Assembly: GCA_965237525.1 (NCBI GenBank)
Contig: CBDEFO010000008.1
Location: 1,280,001-1,344,000, forward strand
Length of the DNA stretch: 64,000 bases
DNA from: Candidatus Latescibacterota bacterium
GTDB lineage: Bacteria; Latescibacterota; CBDEFO01
Direction: 5' to 3'
In this document: positions 30,300-39,813 of the stretch, piece by piece
Layout: every line of letters begins with the position of its first letter
Numbering within the stretch: the first letter of the stretch is position 1
Program-made: the position numbers and the translations under genes
The notes under the pieces: generated by a model
Told to the model about the DNA's origin: nothing
The model's input: only the letters and a program-made list of their open reading frames with translations
The model's database searches: none

Positions 30300-31141
30300 T
30301 GAGGATTTACCCAGTATTTGCGCCGGACCCTGTCTTTGAGCAGGAGTTTGCGACCGTCCGGAGCATCGAACTTGACAAGGATGTTGGGATACTCCCTCTC
30401 AAACCAGTAGTACTGGGTCATATCTCCCATCTCTACTTCCACCTTCCAGCAATCGATTTTCCCTGCCTTTGACGCTATCTTTTGGCCCTCTGTTACCCGT
30501 ATGGCAGCATCCCGAATCCTGGGCTCGGATGCCTTGTTATGGATCTGAGATTCCAGAATCCGTGTATTCAGGCTATACCCGGGGTAAAAAGGCAACCCTC
30601 TCAAAGAGATCGGAAGCTGATCCTCCACCAGATCGCCCGCTTTCATATCCAGGTCGTAGCTTCCATCCCCCTGACCGCCCCAGTAAGAATGAAAGACAAG
30701 CCTCGGCCTTTCTGTCCAGCCTTTGAACTCTTTGAACGTGTTTCCGCACCACTCCTGGCTCCCGACCGTCATCTTCACAAGATGGAAGACATCCTTCCTA
30801 TCCACAAAGACGCTCGTTAAGAACCGATATGGGTAATTTTCGGTCTCTATCTCTGAGACGATGTTCAGCTTCAAGATAGGCAGCAGTTCCTTTTGCTCAT
30901 AAGGAGGGTCAGCCTTAGCATAGAATTTGCCATTGAAGTCCTCCTTGACAGTGATAAGCACAGATTGATACTTGCGAACCTTGCCGTATATAACGCGCTC
31001 TGCATCGTATTTTGCCACCTCCGCCTGACCATCGTCCCAGATAGGGTCCTCTCCCCATTTTGAAGGCGCCGCATCCATCTGAATTGCGCAGAAAATGATG
31101 AGGAATGTGGAAGATATAAGGATACCTATTTTGGACTTCAT
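30296..31141 (-). CDS. Conserved secreted hypothetical protein
   Basis: Signal peptide; W.DGQAEVAKY, SQEWCG and YYWFE..YPNILVK motifs. Confidence 0.7.
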   Translation of the reverse strand: MKSKIGILISSTFLIIFCAIQMDAAPSKWGEDPIWDDGQAEVAKYDAERVIYGKVRKYQSVLITVKEDFNGKFYAKADPPYEQKELLPILKLNIVSEIETENYPYRFLTSVFVDRKDVFHLVKMTVGSQEWCGNTFKEFKGWTERPRLVFHSYWGGQGDGSYDLDMKAGDLVEDQLPISLRGLPFYPGYSLNTRILESQIHNKASEPRIRDAAIRVTEGQKIASKAGKIDCWKVEVEMGDMTQYYWFEREYPNILVKFDAPDGRKLLLKDRVRRKYWVNPQ

Positions 31142-31250
31142 ATCCTGCTCCTTTCTTTCTGTGTAGCTACGCGGTTATTTATCGCTATCTATCGACCTCC
31201 CTGAAAGTATACAAATCTGTGATAAAGCATGTCGGACTTTGACTTTCTAA

Positions 31251-31520
31251 CCCGATTAATTCATAAACTTAGTGGAGTCATTGCGAGGAGCAAAGCGGTC
31301 CCCGATTGAGTCTATCGGGGAAGCAATCTCAAGGTTTTATAGTGGTCTCCTATGAGAGCCGGAGAGTGTTACATCTACCACAGTAACCCCCGATTAAATC
31401 TATCGGGGGGATTGCTTCGCCTTCGGCTCGCGAGGACACCGTAAGGTGGTTAAAAGGCATAACTATAATATAATACAATCCCTTAATTAATACACGACCT
31501 TTTTTTGTGAATTATTCGGG
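31251..31520 (-). mobile_element. MITE copy 2 (270 bp), inverted relative to copy 1, with an extra 19-bp micro-palindrome
   Basis: CCCGATTAATTCA...TGAATTATTCGGG; CTAA on both sides (31247-31250, 31521-31524); reverse complement aligns end to end with 12289-12536. Confidence 0.85.
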
Positions 31521-31818
31521 CTAAATGCAACGTTATAAAAACCCAAACATCTCAAAAGAAGAGGCTTGGAAAACAGAACATACTTTGTTATATTAAGTAT
31601 GAAACCTATGTAGATGGGCAAGTAGACAGGGCTCCTCACCCCGCTGTAAGCTTTCTACTACTTTGGATGTCTATAAGCTTGTACGGACAATTTTGACACG
31701 ATACCTGCATGCTTAAGTCAAATTCCTTCCCGTCCATGCAGATCACTCTATGTTCAAAAATATTGCCTGAACTATTCTTCTGATACGCTGTCCATCGTCA
31801 ACCTGATGAAACTACACT

Positions 31819-34800
31819 ATGAAGACCCTTCACAAAGCACTCAACATAGCGGTGGTAATACTTGTAGCGTCCCTTTTTGTTCCAAGTTTAGTGTTTTCAC
31901 AGACCTTCGGCAAAAACAAAGTCAACTATAAACACTATAGATTCTCCTACATCGAGTCAGAGCACTTCGAGATCTACTACGCTGATGGTTCCAAGAAAAT
32001 TGCCCTATTCACAGCCACGGCGGCCGAAGAGGCCCTGATCTCCATCCAGAAAGCGTTAGATCATACTCTCACCGACAGAATACCCCTAATAGTCTATAAC
32101 TCCCATAACAGATTCCTTGAAACCAACGTCATATATGAACTTCTGACAGAAGGGGTGGGTGGATTCACAGAATTTGCCCAAAACAGAGTTGTCATACCCT
32201 ACGAAGGCTCTTACGGCAAATTCAGGCACGTAATACACCACGAACTTACCCACGCTGTGATGTTCGATATGCTCACCGGAGGGAAGGGCCTTCCCGCACT
32301 TATAAGTGGACAAGCCACACAGCCCCCGTTATGGGTCGCAGAGGGATTGGCCGAATACCTATCCATGGGATGGGACATGGAGGCAGACAACTTCATGCGC
32401 GATGCTGCAATATCCGGATACCTTCCTGACATAGACTCCATCTACGGCGGCCTATTTGCCTACAAAGGCGGACAGTCCATATTCAGATTCATAGCCCAAG
32501 AATACGGCGATCGGAAGATCACAGAGTTCCTCTCCAACCTCAAGACCTCCAAAAGTGTCGAAGCCGCCCTTAAATCCTCCATAGGGATCACAGTGGACGA
32601 ACTTTCCGAAGCTTGGAGCAAGGAACTTAAAAAAGAACACTGGCCGGAACTTTCCAAAAGAAAAGGTCCCGAAGAGATATCCAAAAAGCTCACCGATCAC
32701 AAAAAAGAAGGGGCCTTCCTCAACATCGGTCCTTCATTCTCGCCGAAGGGCGGCAAGATAGCCTTCGTCTCCACCAGAAGAGACTACTCCGACATTTACC
32801 TTATGTCCGCCATAGACGGTCAGATCCTTGACCTATTAGTCGAAGGAGAAAAAAAAGACGACTTTGAGTCCCTGCTCCTTTTGCGCCCCGGTATAACCTG
32901 GTCTCCCGATGGAACAAAAATCTCCTTCGCGGCAAAGAGCGGCGACAGAAACACCCTTTATGTACTGGAGGTCGGAAAAAAAGACGTCGTCAAAAAGCTC
33001 AAATTAGAACTTGACGGAATGTTCAGTCCTACGTGGTCCCCTGATGGAGACAGGATCGCTGTAGCAGGACTTAAAGACGGTGAATCCGACATCTACGTTG
33101 TGAGTCTTAAGGACGATGGCATCAAGAGAATAACTCACGATCCCTACGACGATCAACACCTTGAGTGGTCCCCCGACGGCAAATACATCGCCTTCTCATC
33201 CGACAGACCCGACGAAACTATAAAACACACAGACCAGATTTGGGAAGATGGATTCAAATATGGACACTATGATATTTTCACCATCACCCCCGACGGTTCA
33301 AAGATGAGACGTATAACCAGCGATCCATCTAACGACCTTTCTCCAACCTGGGGCCCCGAATCGGATAAGATCGCTTTCGTCTCATACAGAACCGGAATAG
33401 GAAACATCTTCATAGCCCACCTCGACACCTCAGTCATCTATCCCATAACCGACCTCGTCACCAGTGTAAAGGACCTCGATTGGTCCCCTGACGGAGACAG
33501 GATAGCCTTTTCATCCTTCCACAAGGGCGGATATGACATTTACACGCTTAAATCCCCCCTGTCCCAGAAAAAAGATATGGCAGAGATAGAACCCACGCTC
33601 TTCATAAGGGATGCATCCAGGGACGTTTCCGAGAATCAGAACAAAGAACAAAAGACTGACCAGCAAAGAATAGCACTTAAAGATACTCTACAATCCGATC
33701 CTGAGGCAACATCTCAAGAACTGGCCGCAGAAGTCCTCCACCTCCAGACTCACCAGGACACGATCGTGGGAACAAGAGGGACATATAGGCCATTTCCCGC
33801 GCGCCTTGAAGAAAAGGACTACAAACTCAACTTCTCTCCCGAATTATTCGTTGCAAACGCCAGATTCTCCTCTTTCTTCGGGTTTAGCGGACTTACCCAA
33901 ATATCCTTTGCAGACGTCCTTGGGAACCACCGCCTCATCTTTGCAAGCGATCTGAACTTCTCCATAAAAAACAGCGATCTATTTGCCTCGTACATTTACC
34001 TTCCCAAGAGGACGGACTACGGAGCAAGTCTCTTCCACACCAGGACCTTCTTCTTTTCAAACGATGGCAACCTAATTGCAGACAGAGTCTACGGCTTAAG
34101 CTTCATAGCCTCCCGCCCCTCAAGCAAATTCACAAGATTCGAACTTGGAGGCACCTTCATCGCCATAGACAGGGAGAAACTCTCCAGAAGGATCTTTCGA
34201 AACTTCAGAAGCGGATTCTTCGCAGGTACCACCAGAGGAATAACCAGCGAGAAGATAGAAAGCAAAAAGGCATTTGTCGTCGAAGCCAACCTCGTCAACG
34301 ATACGGTGCTGCACGGACGGCTCGGTCCCATAGACGGCTCAAGATCTATACTCAAACTCGAATACAGCCCTCCGATACAAAAAGACGGACTGCGGTTTAC
34401 CAGTATATCCTTCGACTGGAGAAAATACTACCGTGTTCTCAAGAATTACAACTTCGTTCTTAGATTTTCCGGTGGAAAGAGCGTCGGTAAGACGCCTCAG
34501 CAGTTTTTCCTGGGGGGAGTCACCAACGAGATCAACCCCGTCTTTGCCGAAGGCAGCGAAATTGCAGACCTTGAAATTGAAGGTATCTTCTTTTCCAGTT
34601 TCGAAGGTCCACTAAGAGGCACAGACTTCCTCGAATTCGTCGGTGATGGCTTTGGGCTTGCCAACATAGAATTTCGATTCCCACTTGTGCAGCAACTCTC
34701 GCTCGGATGGCCCCTTCCCTTCTCCTTCCGCAACATAGGAGGAGCTCTTTTCTTCGACATAGGAGGAGTCTTGGACAAAGATCGCTCCTTTAGTCCATTC

Positions 34801-34968
34801 CGTTCGGAAAACGGTCTCCCAGTACTTGAAGACCTCATAGCTGGCTACGGGGTAGGTTCCAGAACCGATCTTGGATTCTTCGTTCTCAAATTCGACGTCG
34901 GATGGAAAACCGACCTGAACACCACGTCCTTGCCCAGATACTACTTCTCGGTGGGAAGAGACTTTTAA
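31819..34968 (+). CDS. Omp85/BamA-TamA family outer-membrane protein with N-terminal zinc-peptidase-like domain and PD40 (TolB-like) propeller
   Basis: Signal peptide; HELTH...WVAEGLAEY gluzincin motif; repeated WSPDG..IAF; FFLGG, PLRG, NIEFRFP, ALFFDIG and terminal Phe. Confidence 0.88.
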   Translation: MKTLHKALNIAVVILVASLFVPSLVFSQTFGKNKVNYKHYRFSYIESEHFEIYYADGSKKIALFTATAAEEALISIQKALDHTLTDRIPLIVYNSHNRFLETNVIYELLTEGVGGFTEFAQNRVVIPYEGSYGKFRHVIHHELTHAVMFDMLTGGKGLPALISGQATQPPLWVAEGLAEYLSMGWDMEADNFMRDAAISGYLPDIDSIYGGLFAYKGGQSIFRFIAQEYGDRKITEFLSNLKTSKSVEAALKSSIGITVDELSEAWSKELKKEHWPELSKRKGPEEISKKLTDHKKEGAFLNIGPSFSPKGGKIAFVSTRRDYSDIYLMSAIDGQILDLLVEGEKKDDFESLLLLRPGITWSPDGTKISFAAKSGDRNTLYVLEVGKKDVVKKLKLELDGMFSPTWSPDGDRIAVAGLKDGESDIYVVSLKDDGIKRITHDPYDDQHLEWSPDGKYIAFSSDRPDETIKHTDQIWEDGFKYGHYDIFTITPDGSKMRRITSDPSNDLSPTWGPESDKIAFVSYRTGIGNIFIAHLDTSVIYPITDLVTSVKDLDWSPDGDRIAFSSFHKGGYDIYTLKSPLSQKKDMAEIEPTLFIRDASRDVSENQNKEQKTDQQRIALKDTLQSDPEATSQELAAEVLHLQTHQDTIVGTRGTYRPFPARLEEKDYKLNFSPELFVANARFSSFFGFSGLTQISFADVLGNHRLIFASDLNFSIKNSDLFASYIYLPKRTDYGASLFHTRTFFFSNDGNLIADRVYGLSFIASRPSSKFTRFELGGTFIAIDREKLSRRIFRNFRSGFFAGTTRGITSEKIESKKAFVVEANLVNDTVLHGRLGPIDGSRSILKLEYSPPIQKDGLRFTSISFDWRKYYRVLKNYNFVLRFSGGKSVGKTPQQFFLGGVTNEINPVFAEGSEIADLEIEGIFFSSFEGPLRGTDFLEFVGDGFGLANIEFRFPLVQQLSLGWPLPFSFRNIGGALFFDIGGVLDKDRSFSPFRSENGLPVLEDLIAGYGVGSRTDLGFFVLKFDVGWKTDLNTTSLPRYYFSVGRDF

Positions 34969-35038
34969 GCAGTTTAGGGCTAGAAGAGACTTTCAAGCAG
35001 TTTAGGGCTAGAAGAGACTTTCAAGCAGTTTGGGGCAA
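34955..35038. repeat. 28-bp tandem repeat x3 overlapping the Omp85 stop codon
   Basis: GAAGAGACTTT(T/C)AAGCAGTTTAGGGCTA units at 34955, 34983 and 35011 (third degenerate), no spacers. Confidence 0.9.
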
Positions 35039-35062
35039 AGAGAGTTCTTCGCCTTAGGTTTT

Positions 35063-35992
35063 CTACGCAAACAACGCCTCTGCGAACTCCTCTCTGTCGA
35101 AGTCCCTCAGATCGTCCAGTTTTTCGCCTATCCCTATCATTTTCAGAGGGATATTGAACTTATCTGCCACAGCCACAACTATCCCTCCCTTGGCTGTCCC
35201 ATCTAACTTTGCCAATATCATCCCGGTCAGTTGAATATCTTTGTCGAATTGAGATACTTGCGCAATTGCATTTTGACCCGTTGTCGCATCCAGCACAAGG
35301 AGCGTCTCGTGCGGAGCACCCTCCATTTTCCTTTCTAAAGTGCGCTTTATCTTCTTCAGCTCCTCCATTAGATTTACCTTGGTATGGAGTCGCCCTGCGG
35401 TATCGATGATCAGAATGTCCACATCCCTTGCCACTGCAGCATTTAATGCATCGAATGCAACGGCCGCAGCGTCTGCTCCCATCTGATGCTTCACCAGGTC
35501 CGCCTTCGTTTTCTTTGCCCAAACCTCCAGCTGCTCAATCGCTGCGGCGCGAAACGTGTCACACGCTGCGACCATAACCTTCTTTCCCTGATTTCTGTAC
35601 TGCTCAGATAGCTTCCCTATTGTTGTGGTCTTGCCCACACCGTTCACGCCCACCATCAACACTACGAAAGGCTTCATTTTCTCCCGTTCGGCCTCTTTAT
35701 CCTTATTATTAGAGCGATCCAGAATATCTACAATCGTCTCCCTCAAGAGCGGACTGATCATCTCGGGACTATTCCCCAACTTCCTCTCTTTGACCTTCTC
35801 TTTTACAGTCTCGATGACCTTCAGGCTCGTTTCTACACCCATATCCGCGCCTATCAAGATCTCCTCTATTTCATCCAACATCTCGTCATCAATTCCGTAC
35901 TTCCGCTGCACTACGCCCGCAATTTTCCCGAAGACGTTATCTCTGGTCTTTTCTAAACCATTTTTCAATGTGTCTATGAACTTACTTAGCAT
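35063..35992 (-). CDS. ftsY: Signal recognition particle receptor FtsY
   Basis: GVNGVGKTTTIGKL, DTFRAAA, DTAGRLH and KLDGTAKGG. Confidence 0.97.
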   Translation of the reverse strand: MLSKFIDTLKNGLEKTRDNVFGKIAGVVQRKYGIDDEMLDEIEEILIGADMGVETSLKVIETVKEKVKERKLGNSPEMISPLLRETIVDILDRSNNKDKEAEREKMKPFVVLMVGVNGVGKTTTIGKLSEQYRNQGKKVMVAACDTFRAAAIEQLEVWAKKTKADLVKHQMGADAAAVAFDALNAAVARDVDILIIDTAGRLHTKVNLMEELKKIKRTLERKMEGAPHETLLVLDATTGQNAIAQVSQFDKDIQLTGMILAKLDGTAKGGIVVAVADKFNIPLKMIGIGEKLDDLRDFDREEFAEALFA

Positions 35993-36098
35993 TTTTTAGT
36001 AATCTTTCTTAACACAGCAGGAAAGTAAGCAGTGGGAAGCAGACGGGAAGAGGAAGGGATGACCTCCACGCTGTCTACTGTTTGCTGTCTACCTATCT

Positions 36099-37505
36099 CT
36101 AATGTGCCCCTTTCCTCCTTAATATAACCCATATTGTCCTTAACAGAATCTTCAGATCCATTCTCAAAGACATATTCTCAATGTAATAAAGATCGTATTT
36201 TAACTTCTCCACCACGTCGTCCAGGTTCCTGTCATAGGTGTGCTTGATCTGCGCCCACCCTGTTATCCCCGGCTGCACGTTAAGCCGCTTACTATATAAG
36301 GAGACCTTCTTTTTCAATTTGTCCACAAAGAACGGCCTTTCTGGTCTCGGTCCGACAAAGCTCATATCCCCGTCCAGAACGTTCAGAAACTGAGGGATCT
36401 CATCTAACCTCATCTTCCTCAATACTCTCCCTATCCGTGTCACGCGAGGATCATCTTTCTTTGCCCATACCGGACCTGTCATACTCTCTGCTCCCTCCAC
36501 CATAGACCGGAACTTGTAAGTAGTAAATATTTTCCCTCCTTTGCCGACCCTCTTTTGGCTGAAAAACACAGGCCCCTTAGAATCCAGCTTGATCAAGACA
36601 GCTATTATAACCCACAGCGGGGCAAAACCCACCAAGAATACCACAGACACCAATATATCTAAGATCCTTTTTGCCTTTTTCTCCCATGCCGGCATCAGCT
36701 CCGGCAGGAGTTCCATTAGTGGAAAACCGTAAAGCTGATTCGTTCTGGCGTGTCCGCTCACAATATCGTACAGATCAGGAACTATGCTCATCTTCACGGG
36801 AGATCCGTCGCACGAAGAGACGATCTCCAGGGCCTCATCTCTGGATTCCAACCCTACTATCAGCACCTCCTCTATCTTATAGTCGCTTATAATCTCCGGC
36901 AGTCTTTCCATCTTTCCAAGGACAGGCACACCGTCTATCAGATCACCGCTTCCTTTCTCATTATGTCCGGCAACGAAGCCCATTACGTGATAGCCCAAAG
37001 CAGGAAAGGATCGAACATCGGCAAGGAGTTCTCTTCCCCTTTCCCCTCTGCCGACTATTACCGACCTTCTGGTGCCTATCCCCTTATTCAGAAGACACCT
37101 CTGGAAACTCGCCATCGCCAGCCTTCCCACACTTACAGCCCCTACCATAAACGCCATATATGAGAACAACACTACCCTTGTTCTGGGCAGGGGATCCGGA
37201 TTGTCCGATTCAAACGTCACTGCAAAGGCTAACAGTAGCCCGAACAATACCGCCTTGCTTACAGAGACGATCTCATCTAACCTCGACTGATACTTCCACG
37301 ATCTGTAGAGCCCGAAAAAGAAGAACAAGAAGATCCAGTAGCAAGAAAGAGCCAGAGCCACGTCCCACGACTCGTAAAGCCAAAACGGATCCCTACTCCC
37401 TCCAAACCCGCTCTTAAAAGCCATCCAATGAACAAAAAGGAAAGACAGATTAACCGCAACTATATCGGCTAGAAGGTTGAAAAACCTCTCCCAAAACTTA
37501 GACAC
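36099..37505 (-). CDS. Undecaprenyl-phosphate sugar phosphotransferase (WcaJ/WbaP type)
   Basis: N-terminal TM helices; KRILDI, KFRSM, DDPRVT, LDEIPQF.NVL.GDMSFVGPRPERP and PGITGWAQ. Confidence 0.93.
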   Translation of the reverse strand: MSKFWERFFNLLADIVAVNLSFLFVHWMAFKSGFGGSRDPFWLYESWDVALALSCYWIFLFFFFGLYRSWKYQSRLDEIVSVSKAVLFGLLLAFAVTFESDNPDPLPRTRVVLFSYMAFMVGAVSVGRLAMASFQRCLLNKGIGTRRSVIVGRGERGRELLADVRSFPALGYHVMGFVAGHNEKGSGDLIDGVPVLGKMERLPEIISDYKIEEVLIVGLESRDEALEIVSSCDGSPVKMSIVPDLYDIVSGHARTNQLYGFPLMELLPELMPAWEKKAKRILDILVSVVFLVGFAPLWVIIAVLIKLDSKGPVFFSQKRVGKGGKIFTTYKFRSMVEGAESMTGPVWAKKDDPRVTRIGRVLRKMRLDEIPQFLNVLDGDMSFVGPRPERPFFVDKLKKKVSLYSKRLNVQPGITGWAQIKHTYDRNLDDVVEKLKYDLYYIENMSLRMDLKILLRTIWVILRRKGAH

Positions 37506-37548
37506 AGTCCTCTTCCCTCGTAAATGAAACGCAGTCGAAAGATTAGTC

Positions 37549-37605
37549 CCCGATTGAGTCTACCCCCGATTTAACCCCCAATTGAATCTATTGGGGGTCG
37601 GGGGG
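37549..37605. repeat. Triple-nested 19-bp micro-palindrome (representative; other sites 12400, 22773, 23170, 28533, 31301, 31389, 39585, 43985, 53635, 56271)
   Basis: Parses exactly as CCCGATTGAGTCTACC[CCCGATTTAACC[CCCAATTGAATCTATTGGG]GGTCGGG]GGG, three 19-mers. Confidence 0.88.
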
Positions 37606-37691
37606 ATCGGGGATAATCAATCTTTTCACACTACAACTGCAGAATCCTCAATTATCCTTACAGGCATATTCTTAAAGAAATCCGAAAACCC

Positions 37692-38714
37692 CTATTCCCC
37701 ACTCCTCAAGATGTTCTTAAGCTTTCCTATTCCATATTTTAAAATAGAGTAACCAAATCCCAGACCGAATCCAAAGTGCAGAGCCATAAAAGCAAGCGGA
37801 AGCACTGGGAAATACCTGAGGTCCCTCTCTCTAAAACACACGAGAAAGCTGGATCCCAGAAGAGCCAAAACATATACAAGCAGCAAAGAAAGAAACAAAA
37901 TGAACATTGTCTTACTGAAAAAGCCTGAAATTCCCAAAACCACCAAACTCAATACAAAAAGTACAGGAATCTGAAACCTGAGCAAGAAGGCTCCTGAAAG
38001 CTTCTTAAAGACATCTAACTTCCAGTACCCGTAACCGAAATACTGCTTGAACAGCTTCCAGAGCGTATCCCTGGAATAATAGTAAGCCTTTATGTGTGAA
38101 ACCAGAAAGATCTTACCACCGGAATTTATCAATCTCCTGTTGAATTCGTAGTCCTGGTTCCTTATCAAGGTACTATCATAATAACCGATCTTGTCGAACA
38201 CCTCTTTCCTGTACGTCCCGAACCAGCCGGTATCCACATATCCCGATTCCCTTGCTATCCTGCAAGGCGAATTTCCTACGCCGAACTTGGACCTCATAGC
38301 CAAGGCTATCGCGCTGGCCTTAAACGTCTTTCCCACAGCTATAACGCTGGGGGCTATACAGTCAGCATCCGTTTTCCCCAAATGCTCTACAACCTGGCTT
38401 ATATAGTTTTCTGGAACATAACTGTGAGACACCAGATAATTTATTACATCTCCAGAGGCTGCCTTCACCGCTGCATTTAGACCCATCGGGGTGGTCTGAT
38501 CCTTATTTTGGACTAACTTGATATTTCCGTTCTTCTCCGCATGCTCCAGCACAATTGCCCTCGACCCGTCGTCTGACATGCCATCGGCCACGATTATCTC
38601 ATACAACTCCTTTGGGTAATCCTGACTCAAAAGAGAATCCAGGCACTCTCCGATATAAGACTCCTCGTTTCGGATAGGAATCACAATAGACAAAAAAATC
38701 TTATTCGATCCCAT
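37692..38714 (-). CDS. Glycosyltransferase family 2 (ExoA-like)
   Basis: SIVIPIRNEE, DGMSDDGS, RNQDYEFN.R, KQYFGYGYW and C-terminal TM helices. Confidence 0.9.
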   Translation of the reverse strand: MGSNKIFLSIVIPIRNEESYIGECLDSLLSQDYPKELYEIIVADGMSDDGSRAIVLEHAEKNGNIKLVQNKDQTTPMGLNAAVKAASGDVINYLVSHSYVPENYISQVVEHLGKTDADCIAPSVIAVGKTFKASAIALAMRSKFGVGNSPCRIARESGYVDTGWFGTYRKEVFDKIGYYDSTLIRNQDYEFNRRLINSGGKIFLVSHIKAYYYSRDTLWKLFKQYFGYGYWKLDVFKKLSGAFLLRFQIPVLFVLSLVVLGISGFFSKTMFILFLSLLLVYVLALLGSSFLVCFRERDLRYFPVLPLAFMALHFGFGLGFGYSILKYGIGKLKNILRSGE

Positions 38715-39501
38715 TTGCGCCTTGCCTCTCTTTCTGGGCAGCGATCACACAAATCCAGCAGCTGCGCTCTAAAAACAGAGACCTTTCAAAGAGCCACTGA
38801 TCCAGGCGATAAAAGGGAACAAATATCAGATCGAATATCCCATCGCTCCTTGTCAACGCCCTCAAGAACATCGGAAAGAGGGTAAAAAGATGGAACCCCT
38901 TTACACTGACCTTTCCTAAATATCTTTCCATGGCGCGTATGTCGTCCATGACCAGTGGATGCTCGTCTTGAGTCCTTGCCCATGGAGTCAATCGCCTGTA
39001 GAGATTTACAAGTAGATTATGTCCCATTGCCTCCATAAATGCCGCTTTCCCACCGCCTTTCAGGACTCTCCTTATCTCCTCTGCCGCGCTTTCTGTGTCC
39101 AGATGATGCAGGATTCCCGACCCTACAACCAGATCAAAAGACCCGTCCTTAAAAGCTAACACCTCAGAATCCATCCTGCAGAAAGCCATCCTGCCGTTCA
39201 AACCCACGCCCGCCGCTCTGGTTGCAGCCTCATCCAGCCTGTGAGCTGAAAGGTCAACCCCTATCACGATCCCTGCTCCCCCATCTGCCAGTGAAAGTCC
39301 GAGCTTCCCATCGCCACAGCCGTAGTCCAGCACTCTCATATCCTTCAAATTCCCAACTATCGAAGAAAGATAGTCAAATACCACCTGACGCATTTTACCC
39401 TTGTAAAAACCCCTCTCAAACCTCCTCCTCATATCCGCCTTAAGGGAGAAGCCCTCCTCAGCCTCTAATCTCTCCTTTTTATCAGAAGTCATCATAACCA
39501 C
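38701..39501 (-). CDS. Class I SAM-dependent methyltransferase
   Basis: VLDYGCGDG, GVDLS, SFDLVVGSGILHHL and RVLKGGG. Confidence 0.88.
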   Translation of the reverse strand: MVMMTSDKKERLEAEEGFSLKADMRRRFERGFYKGKMRQVVFDYLSSIVGNLKDMRVLDYGCGDGKLGLSLADGGAGIVIGVDLSAHRLDEAATRAAGVGLNGRMAFCRMDSEVLAFKDGSFDLVVGSGILHHLDTESAAEEIRRVLKGGGKAAFMEAMGHNLLVNLYRRLTPWARTQDEHPLVMDDIRAMERYLGKVSVKGFHLFTLFPMFLRALTRSDGIFDLIFVPFYRLDQWLFERSLFLERSCWICVIAAQKERQGANGIE

Positions 39502-39813
39502 AGCAAAATGGGAACGATGAAAAAAACTGCAATCTATGTCTACTATCTCCTGTCAGCCGCCCACTTAAGAGATTGCTTCCATCGCCCGATTGACCCCCGA
39601 TAGATTCAATCGGGGGCAGGGGTGGCAATTTTGACAGTCTACTCACTATCGAGGCCCTCTGTAATCGTCTGCACTTGCGATGAGTCATATAAAGGGATGA
39701 TACGCGAAGCAAACTCATAGATTGCTGGGCTTTTTTTTAAAAAGTTATTCAATACTTTTCAAGGTGCCCTTTTCTTCAATGACAGTTTATGGCAAGGCGG
39801 TGCCCGTCTACTG

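Noticed and set aside
34955..35038. 28-bp repeats as a CRISPR array
   Set aside because: Units are directly adjacent with no spacers, and there are no cas genes in the window
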